In this document: one piece after another, positions 7,679 through 16,526 of the stretch
Numbering within the stretch: the first letter of the stretch is position 1
How the letters are laid out: each line of letters begins with the position of its first letter
DNA from: an uncultured delta proteobacterium
Lineage (GTDB): Bacteria; Desulfobacterota; Syntrophia; Syntrophales; UBA5619
Direction: 5' to 3'
Length of the DNA stretch: 64,000 nucleotides
Assembly: GCA_963817385.1 (NCBI GenBank)
Contig: CAWFOM010000031.1
Coordinates: 64,001-128,000, forward strand
The notes under the pieces: generated by a model
What the model was told of the DNA's origin: nothing
The model's input: only the letters and a program-made list of their open reading frames with translations
The model's database searches: none
Position numbers and translations under genes: made by a program

Positions 7679-10306
7679 ATGCAATCCAGAATCGTCACCA
7701 GCGGCCTGGCGCCGCTGGACCAGGTGCTCCAGGGACTCCGGCTGGGCGACAACGTCGTCTGGCAAGTGGACCGTCTGGAGGACTACATCCACTTCGCCGA
7801 ACCTTTCGCCCGGCAGGCGGTCCGGGACGGGCGGCGGACGATCTACTTTCGTTTCGCCCCTCATCCGCCCATCCTGCCTGAGATCGAGGGGGTCGAAACG
7901 ATCACGGTGAGTCCCCATGCCGGCTTCGACGCCTTCAGCGGCAACCTCAACCATATCATCGAAGCGGAGGGCCGGGAGGTCTTCTATGTCTTCGACAGCC
8001 TCTCGGCGCTCGTCGTCGAGTGGGCGACCGACGAACTCCTCGCGAACTTCTTCCAGGTGACCTGCCCCTTCCTCTTCGAGCTCGACACCGTGGCCTACTT
8101 CGCGCTCACCCGCGGCCGGCACAGCCACAGCGCCGTCGCCCGGATCCGGGACACGACACAGCTCCTCCTGGACGTCTATCAGGTCGAGGGGCGGATGTAC
8201 CTCCACCCCCTCAAGGTCTGGGACCGCTACTCCCCCCAGATGTTCCTTCCCCACGTGATGACGGATTCCGTCTGGACGCCGGTCTTCGGGAGCGGGGAAG
8301 CAGCCGCCCTTTCGGTATCGGCGAGCCGGAAGCCGCTCCAGGTGAAGTCGAAATCGATCGCCCCCTGGGAGAGCGTCTACCGGCGCCTCATGCAGTACCA
8401 CGAAGCGGGGATGGACCTCGACGAGAAGACGCCGGAGGTCGCCGCCCTCAAGCAGGAGCTCTCCCGGATGATGATCGGCACCCATCCGGAGTTCAGCCGC
8501 CTGGTGGATACCTACATCACGCTCGACGATCTCTTCGCCATCCGGGACCGCCTGATCGGTTCGGGACGGATCGGCGGCAAGGCGGCGGGAATGCTTCTCG
8601 CCCGGCGGATCCTCGTTGCCGAGCCGGGGGAGATCGACTTTGCGGAGGTCCTCGAGGCCCACGACTCCTTCTACATCGGCTCGGATGTCTTTTTCACCTT
8701 CCTGGTGAACAACGACCTCTTCCGCCTGCGCCTCCAGCTCTCCCGCGCGACGCGCATCTCCCACGAGGAATTCGCGGAGGTGGAGAAGCGCTTTCTCGCC
8801 GGGCGGTTTCCGCCGGAGATCCTGGAGCAGTTCAGGGACATGCTCGCCTACTTCGGCCAGGCGCCGATCATCGCCCGCTCCAGCAGCCTCCTGGAGGACA
8901 GCTTCGGGAACGCCTTTGCCGGGAAATATCACAGCGAATACTGCGCCAACCAGGGGCCGCCGGAGGAGCGGCTGGAGGCGTTTCTCAACGCCGTGAAGCT
9001 CGTCTACGCGAGCGCGCTCAATCCCGACGCCCTCACCTACCGCCGCGCCCGGGGGCTGGGCGAAAGCGACGAGCAGATGGCGATCCTCGTTCAGCGCGTC
9101 TCCGGGATGCCCTACAAACAGTTCTTTTTCCCCAGCCTGGCAGGCGTCGCCTTCTCCCGGAACCTCTACGCCTGGACGAACCGGATCGACCCCAGCCGGG
9201 GGATGATCCGCCTTGTATTCGGCCTGGGGACGCGGGCGGTGAACCGGGTCGGAAACGACTACCCCCGGATGATCGCCGTCAGTCATCCCCAGCTCCGCCC
9301 CGAGTCCGGCGCCCGGATCGCCAAGTACTCCCAGACGGAAGTGGACGTCATCGATCTCGAGAAAAACGAGTTTCGGACCCTGCCCTTGGAGGAGCTCCTC
9401 GCCGACCGCGACTACCCGAACCTCCACCTCCTGGTCTCCCTGATGAAAGACGGCTTCCCGACGGACCCCTGGACGAGCCGCCTCGAGGCGACGACGGAGG
9501 CGATGATCCTGACGGTCAACAACCTCATTGCCGGGACCCCGTTCGTCCGTATCGTCGGCGATATGCTGGCCCGCTTGGAGAAGGCCTACGGCCAGCCGCT
9601 CGACACGGAGTTCACCGCCGCGGTGGACTCCGAAGGGCGGGTCCGGATCAATCTTCTCCAGTGCCGGCCGATGCGGCTCCCCGGGGCGACGGGCCCAATC
9701 CAGCTTCCCGAGGATGTCCCGCCGGAGCGGCTCCTCTTCCGGTCGACCAGGACGATCAGCGGCGGCGTAACGGCGCCGATACGCTATATCCTCTACATCG
9801 ATCCGGAGCGGTACGGTATGATCGAGTCGCCGGAGGTGAAAAAGTCCCTCGGCCGCGTCGTCGGGCGGATCAACGAGCACCCCGCCGTGGTTGCGGGCCG
9901 GATCATGATGCTGGGGCCGGGGCGGTGGGGGAGCAGCAATATCGAACTCGGCGTGAATGTGAGCTACGCCGACATCAACAATACGGCGGTCCTCGTGGAA
10001 ATGGCGCGGGAGGAGGCGGGACAGGTCCCGGAGGTCTCTTACGGGACCCACTTTTTCCTCGATCTCGTCGAAGCGCAGATCATCTACCTGCCGGTCTATC
10101 CGAGCGACCCGGAGGCGGAATTCAACCGGGATCTCTTCGAGCAACTGCCGAACGTTCTGACCGATCTCCTGCCCGATGCGGGGCGGTTTCGGGAGATCGT
10201 CCGCGTCTTCGACATCCCGGCGGCGACGGGCGGGTGCTTCGCGCGGGTCGTCGCAGATCCGCAGAGCCAGCGGGCGGTCTGTTATCTTGACAAGGAGGGG
10301 AAATGA
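7679..10306 (+). CDS. PEP/pyruvate-binding (PPDK N-terminal, ATP-grasp) domain protein with degenerate RecA/KaiC-like N-terminus
   Basis: IGGKAAGM, ARSSSLLEDSFGNAFAGKY, FGLGTRAV, GPGRWGSS and SYGTHFF motifs; no phospho-His carrier motif seen; ATGA overlap with dapF. Confidence 0.85.
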   Translation: MQSRIVTSGLAPLDQVLQGLRLGDNVVWQVDRLEDYIHFAEPFARQAVRDGRRTIYFRFAPHPPILPEIEGVETITVSPHAGFDAFSGNLNHIIEAEGREVFYVFDSLSALVVEWATDELLANFFQVTCPFLFELDTVAYFALTRGRHSHSAVARIRDTTQLLLDVYQVEGRMYLHPLKVWDRYSPQMFLPHVMTDSVWTPVFGSGEAAALSVSASRKPLQVKSKSIAPWESVYRRLMQYHEAGMDLDEKTPEVAALKQELSRMMIGTHPEFSRLVDTYITLDDLFAIRDRLIGSGRIGGKAAGMLLARRILVAEPGEIDFAEVLEAHDSFYIGSDVFFTFLVNNDLFRLRLQLSRATRISHEEFAEVEKRFLAGRFPPEILEQFRDMLAYFGQAPIIARSSSLLEDSFGNAFAGKYHSEYCANQGPPEERLEAFLNAVKLVYASALNPDALTYRRARGLGESDEQMAILVQRVSGMPYKQFFFPSLAGVAFSRNLYAWTNRIDPSRGMIRLVFGLGTRAVNRVGNDYPRMIAVSHPQLRPESGARIAKYSQTEVDVIDLEKNEFRTLPLEELLADRDYPNLHLLVSLMKDGFPTDPWTSRLEATTEAMILTVNNLIAGTPFVRIVGDMLARLEKAYGQPLDTEFTAAVDSEGRVRINLLQCRPMRLPGATGPIQLPEDVPPERLLFRSTRTISGGVTAPIRYILYIDPERYGMIESPEVKKSLGRVVGRINEHPAVVAGRIMMLGPGRWGSSNIELGVNVSYADINNTAVLVEMAREEAGQVPEVSYGTHFFLDLVEAQIIYLPVYPSDPEAEFNRDLFEQLPNVLTDLLPDAGRFREIVRVFDIPAATGGCFARVVADPQSQRAVCYLDKEGK

Positions 10307-11127
10307 TCGATTTTTTTAAGATGAGCGGGAGCGGCAACGACTTCATCCTGATCGACAACCGGGACGGGTCGCTGGCCGTAGGGGATTGCGTCGCCTTTGC
10401 GAAGAGCGTCTGCCGGCGGAAGGTCTCCGTGGGGGCAGACGGCCTCTTTATCATCGAGAAGTCCGAGAAGGTCGATTTCCGGTGGCGGTTTTTCAACGCC
10501 GACGGCTCGGAGGCGGCGATGTGCGGAAACGGCGCCCGGTGTGCCGCCCGTTTCGCCTATCTTACGGGAATCGCCGGGGCGCGGATGTCCTTCGAAACCG
10601 GCGCCGGGATCATCGACGCCGAGGTGCAAGGCGACATCGTGAAGGTGCGCCTGACCGATCCGTATGCACTTGCCCTGGACGAGCAGATCCGGATCGGCAA
10701 CCAGATCCTCTCCGTCCACAGCATTAATACCGGCGTTCCCCATGCCGTCCATTTCCTGCACGACCTGGAGGGATTCAATGTGTTCACCACCGGCCGGGCG
10801 ATCCGCAACCATGACCATTACCGGCCGGCCGGGACGAACGCCAATTTCGTCGCCGTCGTGGACGACCATACGCTCCGCGTCCGGACGTACGAGCGCGGCG
10901 TGGAGGACGAGACCCTGGCCTGCGGGACCGGCTCCGTCGCCGCGGCCCTGATCGCCGCCCGGAAGGGGCTGGCGGCGTCCCCGGTGGACGTCCGGGTACA
11001 GAGCGGGGAACTCCTCCGGATCTATTTTGAAACAACGGCAGACGGCTTTACGAAAGTTTATCTTGAAGGAAAGGTGAAAGTAGTCTATCAAGGCAAACTT
11101 TGGGACGAAGCTTGGAAGAGTATGTGA
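10303..11127 (+). CDS. dapF: Diaminopimelate epimerase
   Basis: KMSGSGNDF, NADGSEAAMCGNGARC, NTGVPH and ERGVEDETLACGTG motifs. Confidence 0.97.
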   Translation: MIDFFKMSGSGNDFILIDNRDGSLAVGDCVAFAKSVCRRKVSVGADGLFIIEKSEKVDFRWRFFNADGSEAAMCGNGARCAARFAYLTGIAGARMSFETGAGIIDAEVQGDIVKVRLTDPYALALDEQIRIGNQILSVHSINTGVPHAVHFLHDLEGFNVFTTGRAIRNHDHYRPAGTNANFVAVVDDHTLRVRTYERGVEDETLACGTGSVAAALIAARKGLAASPVDVRVQSGELLRIYFETTADGFTKVYLEGKVKVVYQGKLWDEAWKSM

Positions 11128-11175
11128 TCGCGCTTCCGGGAGTTGATTGTCAGGTTGTGAAAGGAGAGTTACGAG

Positions 11176-12342
11176 ATGCAGATTGCCGAGCGTTTGACGA
11201 AGATACCCCCCTACCTGTTCATGGAGCTGCGGAAGAAGATCGCCAAGGCCAAGGCCGACGGCGTCGACGTGATCAGCCTCGCGATCGGCGACCCGGTGGA
11301 ACCGACGCCCGATTCGATCATCGACGAGCTCTGCCGGACGGCACGTGACCCGGAGAACCACCGCTATCCGACGGACGAGGAGAAGGGGATGCTCGCCTTC
11401 CGCCAGGAGGTGGCCCGCTGGTACGAAACCCGTTACGGGGTGCGGCTCGATCCCGCGACGGAGATCCTGGGTCTCATCGGCTCCAAGGAAGGGTGCCACC
11501 ACTTCGTCATGGCCCGAATCAACCCCGGCGACGTAGTCCTGATGACCGACCCCGGCTACCCCGCCTACCGGGCGAGCATCCTGATGGGGGGCGGGATCCC
11601 GTACAACGTCCCGATCCGCCCGGAGAACGCCTACCTTCCGGTATTCGAGGAGATCCCCGCGGAGATCGTCAAGAAGGCGCGGGGGATGTTCCTCAACTAT
11701 CCGAACAATCCGACCGGCGCCTGTGCGACGCCCGAGTTCTTCGACCGCCTGGTTGCCTTCGCGCGTAGGAACGATATCGCCATCTGCTACGACAACCCCT
11801 ACAGCGAGGTGGTCTTCGGGGACCAGAAGCGGCTCAGCTTTCTTTCGGCCGCGGGCGCAAAGGAGGTGGGGGTGGAGCTCAACTCCCTTTCGAAGCCCTA
11901 CAACATGACCGGTTGGCGGATCGGCATGGCCGTCGGAAACCCCGATCTCATCGCCGCGATCAGCAAGGTGAAGGAGAACACCGATTCCGGGATCTTCAAC
12001 GCCGTCCAGTTCGCGGGGATCCAGGCGCTCAAAAACGAAACCCAAAACATCGAGAAGATGATAGCGATCTACTCGCGGCGGCGGGAACGGGTCCTTACGA
12101 CCCTGGCGCGGATCGGGATCGCCTTCAATCCGCCGAAGGGGACCTTCTACCTCTGGGTCCCGACGCCCAAGGGGATGGGATCGCTCGAGTTCACGAACAA
12201 ACTCTTCGAAAAGGCGGCGGTGGTCGTGGCGGCGGGGACCGCCTACGGCCAGTACGGCGAGGGGTTCATCCGGATCTCGCTCACCGTTCCGGACGCCCGC
12301 CTCGAGGAGGCGATGGTGCGGATCGAGAAGGCCTTCGCCTGA
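11176..12342 (+). CDS. dapL: LL-diaminopimelate aminotransferase
   Basis: PPYLF, GSKEG, NYPNNPTG and SLSKPYNMTGWRIG motifs; adjacent to dapF. Confidence 0.88.
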   Translation: MQIAERLTKIPPYLFMELRKKIAKAKADGVDVISLAIGDPVEPTPDSIIDELCRTARDPENHRYPTDEEKGMLAFRQEVARWYETRYGVRLDPATEILGLIGSKEGCHHFVMARINPGDVVLMTDPGYPAYRASILMGGGIPYNVPIRPENAYLPVFEEIPAEIVKKARGMFLNYPNNPTGACATPEFFDRLVAFARRNDIAICYDNPYSEVVFGDQKRLSFLSAAGAKEVGVELNSLSKPYNMTGWRIGMAVGNPDLIAAISKVKENTDSGIFNAVQFAGIQALKNETQNIEKMIAIYSRRRERVLTTLARIGIAFNPPKGTFYLWVPTPKGMGSLEFTNKLFEKAAVVVAAGTAYGQYGEGFIRISLTVPDARLEEAMVRIEKAFA

Positions 12343-12347
12343 GAGGA

Positions 12348-12524
12348 GAAGAATCAGTTCCCTTCGCGCTCAAGACATTTTTCCGACCCTGCACCTCCTC
12401 GCTGCGCTGCCGGGAAAAAACTCGCGCCTAAAGGCGCTCAGACAGTTTTCCCGGCGGGCGCTCCGCTGCGAGGGCAGGGTGCCCCGAAAAAATCTCTAAT
12501 CGCGCTCCCGGGAATTGATTCTTC
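12348..12524. repeat. Long imperfect palindromic intergenic element (REP/MITE-like)
   Basis: Ends GAAGAATCAGTTCC / GGAATTGATTCTTC; nested ACCCTGC/GCAGGGT, GCCGGGAAAA/TTTTCCCGGC and GCGCCT/AGGCGC arms. Confidence 0.7.
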
Positions 12525-12547
12525 GGTTGTAAAAAAGGTGGTAAGAG

Positions 12548-13579
12548 ATGGAAATCGGAATCCTGGGGCTTCCCCAGAGCGGCAAGAGCACCCTCTTCGA
12601 GATCATGACCGGCGTCCGGAGCCGGGAGATGCACGGGGAGACCTGCGTCCGGGGGCTGGCCACCGTGCCGGATGCCCGTTTCGATAAGCTGGTCGAGATC
12701 TTCAAGCCGGTGAAGGCCTCGCCCGCGAAGGTCCCCTTCAGCGACGTCAATGCCGTGGGGGAGAAGGCTTGGGACGCCGTCCGCCAGAGCCTCTCCGGCG
12801 CCGAGGGGCTCCTCCATGTCGTCGACGCCTTTACCGCCCCCGGCGTCCTCGAGATCCTGAACAACTACCGGAAACTGGAAGACGAGCTGATCCTGGCCGA
12901 TCTGATGATCGTCGAGAACCGCCTGGAGCGTCTGGCAAAGATGGCGAAGAAGCCCATGACCCCCCAGGATGCCCTCCACGCCCGCGTCCTGCCCAATCTG
13001 ACGGATCAACTTGAAGCGGGCAAGCCGCTCCGGGAGCTTCCCCTGACCGAAGAGGAGCGCCATGGCCTGAGGAGTTTCTCCTTCTGGACGATCCGGCCGG
13101 AGATGGTTGTCGTTAACACCCCCGAGGAGAATCCGGCCATCGCCGACGCGTTCAACCGTGAGGCAGGGCTCACTGTCCCCGCGATCGGGATCTGCTGCGC
13201 CATCGAGGCGGAACTGATGGCCCTCCCGCCGGAGGAGCGGAAGGAGTTCCTGGAATCGCTGGGCATCGCGGAGGCCGCCTTCGGACGGGTCATCCGCGGG
13301 GCCTTTTCCCTGCTCAACCGGACGGCTTACTTCACCGTCGGCGAGGACGAGGTCAAGGCCTGGATCATCCCCGTGGGAACCAAGGCCCCGCGGGCGGCCG
13401 GGGTTATCCACAACGACTTCGAGCGGGGCTTCATCAAGGCCGAGGTGATCGGCTTCGACGAGTTCATCGCCTGCGGCGGCAGCTATGCCGGCGCCAAGGC
13501 GGCGGGAAAGCTCCGGCTCGAAGGCAAGGAGTATATCGTCAAGGACGGCGATATCATCAACTTCCGCTTCAACGTCTGA
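12548..13579 (+). CDS. ychF: YchF/Obg-like ATPase (divergent G-domain, conserved C-terminal TGS domain)
   Basis: GLPQSGKSTLF P-loop; YFTVGEDEVKAW, AAGVIHNDFERGFIKAEV and RLEGKEYIVKDGDI motifs. Confidence 0.85.
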   Translation: MEIGILGLPQSGKSTLFEIMTGVRSREMHGETCVRGLATVPDARFDKLVEIFKPVKASPAKVPFSDVNAVGEKAWDAVRQSLSGAEGLLHVVDAFTAPGVLEILNNYRKLEDELILADLMIVENRLERLAKMAKKPMTPQDALHARVLPNLTDQLEAGKPLRELPLTEEERHGLRSFSFWTIRPEMVVVNTPEENPAIADAFNREAGLTVPAIGICCAIEAELMALPPEERKEFLESLGIAEAAFGRVIRGAFSLLNRTAYFTVGEDEVKAWIIPVGTKAPRAAGVIHNDFERGFIKAEVIGFDEFIACGGSYAGAKAAGKLRLEGKEYIVKDGDIINFRFNV

Positions 13580-13623
13580 GCAAACCTTCCAGATTGAATA
13601 AACCACTGCGTGAAATTCCGGTT

Positions 13624-13650
13624 TAAGTTCAGTCGATCTTGCTCCGATAC
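13624..13650 (+). promoter_or_regulatory. Sigma28 (FliA)-like promoter
   Basis: TAAG-N15-TCCGATAC about 50 bp upstream of the ATG at 13702. Confidence 0.55.
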
Positions 13651-13701
13651 CATACATAAGCCCATCGGGGCCGGTACGATATTCTATTTAAGGAGAGTTT
13701 T

Positions 13702-14624
13702 ATGCAGACTCAGGGGCTCAGCCAGTTCGATCCGAACCGCTTCTTCCAGTTGCCCGCAACTGATCCCCAGGCGGGCCGTACGGTCAACGCGCAAGTCGCT
13801 GCGATCCAAGCGTCGACCGACTTCTCCGGAACGTTTAGCGTGGTGACGGCGGAAGGCGACAAGGTGACGTTAAGCGTAGACGGTGAAGAAGATTTTCGCT
13901 ACATGAATTACGGATACAAGGCTCGGAGCGACGACCAACGTCTTGAAGTCAAGATCGAGTCCACTGAATACTCGCTCAGCCAGACGCTTGGTCTGACAGT
14001 GGAAGGGGATCTGAATGAACAAGAAGTCGCCGACCTGACCAAGTTGTTTAGGAAAGTGAAGAAGATCATCCGCAACTTTTTCCGGGGCCAGGATGAACAG
14101 GCTGTCGCAAAGACGGCCAAGCTTGCGGATCAATTTGGTAGCTTCTCGACATTGGCCGGATTAGACCTGAGCATGGATGTCACACGGTCCGTGACCGCGC
14201 TGGCGGCACAACTGGCGACGCAGCAAATGGCTGAGCCTGTAATGCTGCCTTCCGCACCGTGGAAGGGACTGTGGACTCTCCCACGCCTCAGCAGACTACC
14301 ACGGGTGACGAACCCCCGACGGTAGCGATGATCCCGCCGGCGTCGGCCGGCGCCGAGTCGCTCATTGAGCAGATCTTGAAAGCGGCGGATGACAGTCGAA
14401 TTGACGACGCGAAACTGCAGAAGTACTTGCCTCGGTTGCTGCGGAAGGCGGTGGCTCATGCCGGCGATCATGAGGCAGTTCAGAAAAATCCGGATCTGAT
14501 CCAGGAGCTTCTCGAGGCGATTCAGAAGAAAACAGACGAACAGGTCCCTTCTTCCCAGGAGGCTCTTTTTGTCTATTACGCCTCTTCGCAACGGACATCC
14601 GTTTCGCTGTCGGTCAGTGCATAG
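13702..14624 (+). pseudogene. Hypothetical protein split by a frameshift near 14255-14262
   Basis: Overlapping ORFs 13702..14325 and 14259..14624 join as ...PSAP-VEGTVDSP; TAEGDKVTLS and LTVEGDLNEQE motifs; may be a sequencing indel. Confidence 0.6.
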
Positions 14625-14641
14625 TGAAGCTTCCCACCCAC

Positions 14642-14948
14642 AGGGTCGGAGCTGGTACCTGCATGCGGCGCCATGGTCGCCGTGATCGAGAAAGTGAAAG
14701 AAGTCACCACTTATTTCGTCGGCAAGCCCCAACCCACTGATGATGCGCATGGTCCTCAACTACCTGGGAGTACACTCCGAGAACGCGGTCATGGTGGGAG
14801 ACAGGATGGAAACCGATATCGTCGCCGGCTTTGAAAGCGGGATGAAGACCATCCTGGTGCTCACCGGGGTCACCCGGCGGGAAGATGTGGTTCGTTTCCC
14901 TACCGACCAACAAATATTCTGAAATCCGATGAGCAGATCGAGCCGTAA
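14642..14948 (+). pseudogene. C-terminal fragment of HAD-IIA (NagD-like) hydrolase with frameshifts
   Basis: [18 protein letters not shown] / [32 protein letters not shown] read across frames; N-terminal part absent. Confidence 0.8.
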
Positions 14949-15026
14949 GGACCTCTTTTTTAGTATCCTTTATAACGACTCGTCCTCATCAGAGTTTCCG
15001 ATGGCAAGCACGAGGACGATCAATAA

Positions 15027-15062
15027 CAAGAAAGGCAGGGTCAATTGACCCTGCCTTTCTTG
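15027..15062. terminator. Perfect 36-bp palindrome, probable bidirectional terminator
   Basis: CAAGAAAGGCAGGGTCAATTGACCCTGCCTTTCTTG between convergent genes. Confidence 0.8.
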
Positions 15063-15086
15063 GAGAAAGATATTTCAAAATGGTGC

Positions 15087-15854
15087 TTAGTTAATGAACT
15101 TTCTCCTGATACCTGCGATACCAACCAGCCCAAGGCCAAGAAGTAGCATAGTGGCCGGTTCGGGAACTTGTGTTCCAAATACCTGGACGTTAGCATCGGA
15201 GTTCTTATCCCAGCCAGCTACCCACCCTGAAGTTCCTCCACCAGTGCCCGAATACCAAGAATCTACTCCAACGGCTGATCCGTTTTTCATATGTAAAAAC
15301 TGGAACAAATCGTCCGCTCCCTCCTGTTTAGAACCGCTGAGAGCCGCATTAGAGGCATGGAGGAATGGACCTACATAGGTTGACGAAGTAGGGCTATAAA
15401 GAGCCCATGGTCCATCCAAAAAGAAATAGTATTTACCAGATGTTACATCTTCGTTTATTGTGAAGTCGAGCTGGTAGATTTGTCTAAATGCACCGGAATT
15501 TCCCTGATAACCTGACAAATTAAAATATGTAACTGGAGTTGATAAATAGGATGAAAATCTACCTGCATTACCAAGGTCTGACCCAGCCAACAGAGAGAGG
15601 CCTGTAGGATCGCTGGTCGTCCATAGACGAACTGTGTCGATGTGGTAAGTACCAGAATTTGTAAATACCACATCGTCTCCAGCCAGCCAGTACTCAGAAG
15701 TTGCGTCTGGGTTATAGGGTTCTGAATCAGCCCATAGTACATTGCTGCGACTCGCACCTGCAGTATTGTTTAAATTTGCAGTGGGTAAACCCCGGTCGAA
15801 CAAAAGAGTCGCCGATGCCATACCGCTACCGCCTATAACCAGTCCTAAAACCAT
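15087..15854 (-). CDS. PEP-CTERM exosortase-sorted surface protein (5' end out of frame with upstream start at 15888)
   Basis: C-terminus VPEPATMLLLGLGLVGIAGIRRKF; signal-peptide h/c region ..GMASA; AT-richer than flanks. Confidence 0.9.
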   Translation of the reverse strand: MVLGLVIGGSGMASATLLFDRGLPTANLNNTAGASRSNVLWADSEPYNPDATSEYWLAGDDVVFTNSGTYHIDTVRLWTTSDPTGLSLLAGSDLGNAGRFSSYLSTPVTYFNLSGYQGNSGAFRQIYQLDFTINEDVTSGKYYFFLDGPWALYSPTSSTYVGPFLHASNAALSGSKQEGADDLFQFLHMKNGSAVGVDSWYSGTGGGTSGWVAGWDKNSDANVQVFGTQVPEPATMLLLGLGLVGIAGIRRKFIN

Positions 15855-15902
15855 TGGCGTACCCGGCTATCTTCAGAGCTCGTTTCATCCCGATCCTCCC
15901 GA

Positions 15903-16215
15903 TCAAATCATGCTTCCCGTTGTGATAAACCTGATGATCCTTGACAAGCCGTCCTGGATATTCCCCGCCGAAAATGTTGCCAGAAAGAGGAAGGCGACAT
16001 ACAAAAAGAGCAGCCGTTTGAAGCTCCGGTTTTCTTCAACGGCCGTCCCCCGCATGTGAAAAGCGGCGGCGCCCGAGGGGCAGACGTCCACGCAGGTTCC
16101 GCATTTCATGCAGGTCATGGCTTCCCCCTCCCCCCAGCAGGTACGGAACCAGGATGGGCGCGCAATAGGCCGCGCATACCGCTCCGCTACTGAGACCAAG
16201 AACAAACCCCTGCAT
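15903..16215 (-). pseudogene. Chimeric relic: N-terminus of a TauE/DsbD-like membrane protein joined to the C-terminus of a 4Fe-4S membrane ferredoxin
   Basis: MQGFVLGLSSGAVCAAYCAPILVPYLLG, then in another frame CMKCGTCVDVCP plus a TM helix; junction in a C-rich run at about 16124-16136. Confidence 0.6.
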
Positions 16216-16526
16216 GACAATCACCCGATGGTTGTTCGATGCCGTCAGTGAATAGGGCTTCCCGCAAAACCGTCACGCTTTGTACGGGAAATAACTATCA
16301 TAGAATCGGTTTTTTTTGCACACGCGTAAATTGATCCAGGCTCGTGAGCTTCGCCTTCGCAGAAGACGGGTTTATAATTTTTCTTGACTTTGTTTATTGA
16401 AAACATTGATGATATACAGAATAGGTGATTTTGTATCTGGATTCGCTTGTGCACAAGTATGGGAAATCGGACGGTAATGTTCTAACAAATTAATTTTACC
16501 AATGTATTTATCTTATTCACCGCAAG

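Noticed and set aside
7568..10290. Long alternative ORFs (858 aa on -, 756 aa on +) over the PPDK-like gene
   Set aside because: Shadow ORFs of GC-rich codon usage; Arg/Pro/Gly-rich with no motifs.
7679..10306. Naming as ppsA/ppdK or kaiC
   Set aside because: No phospho-His swivel or PEP-binding barrel motifs, and no Walker A in the N-terminal domain.
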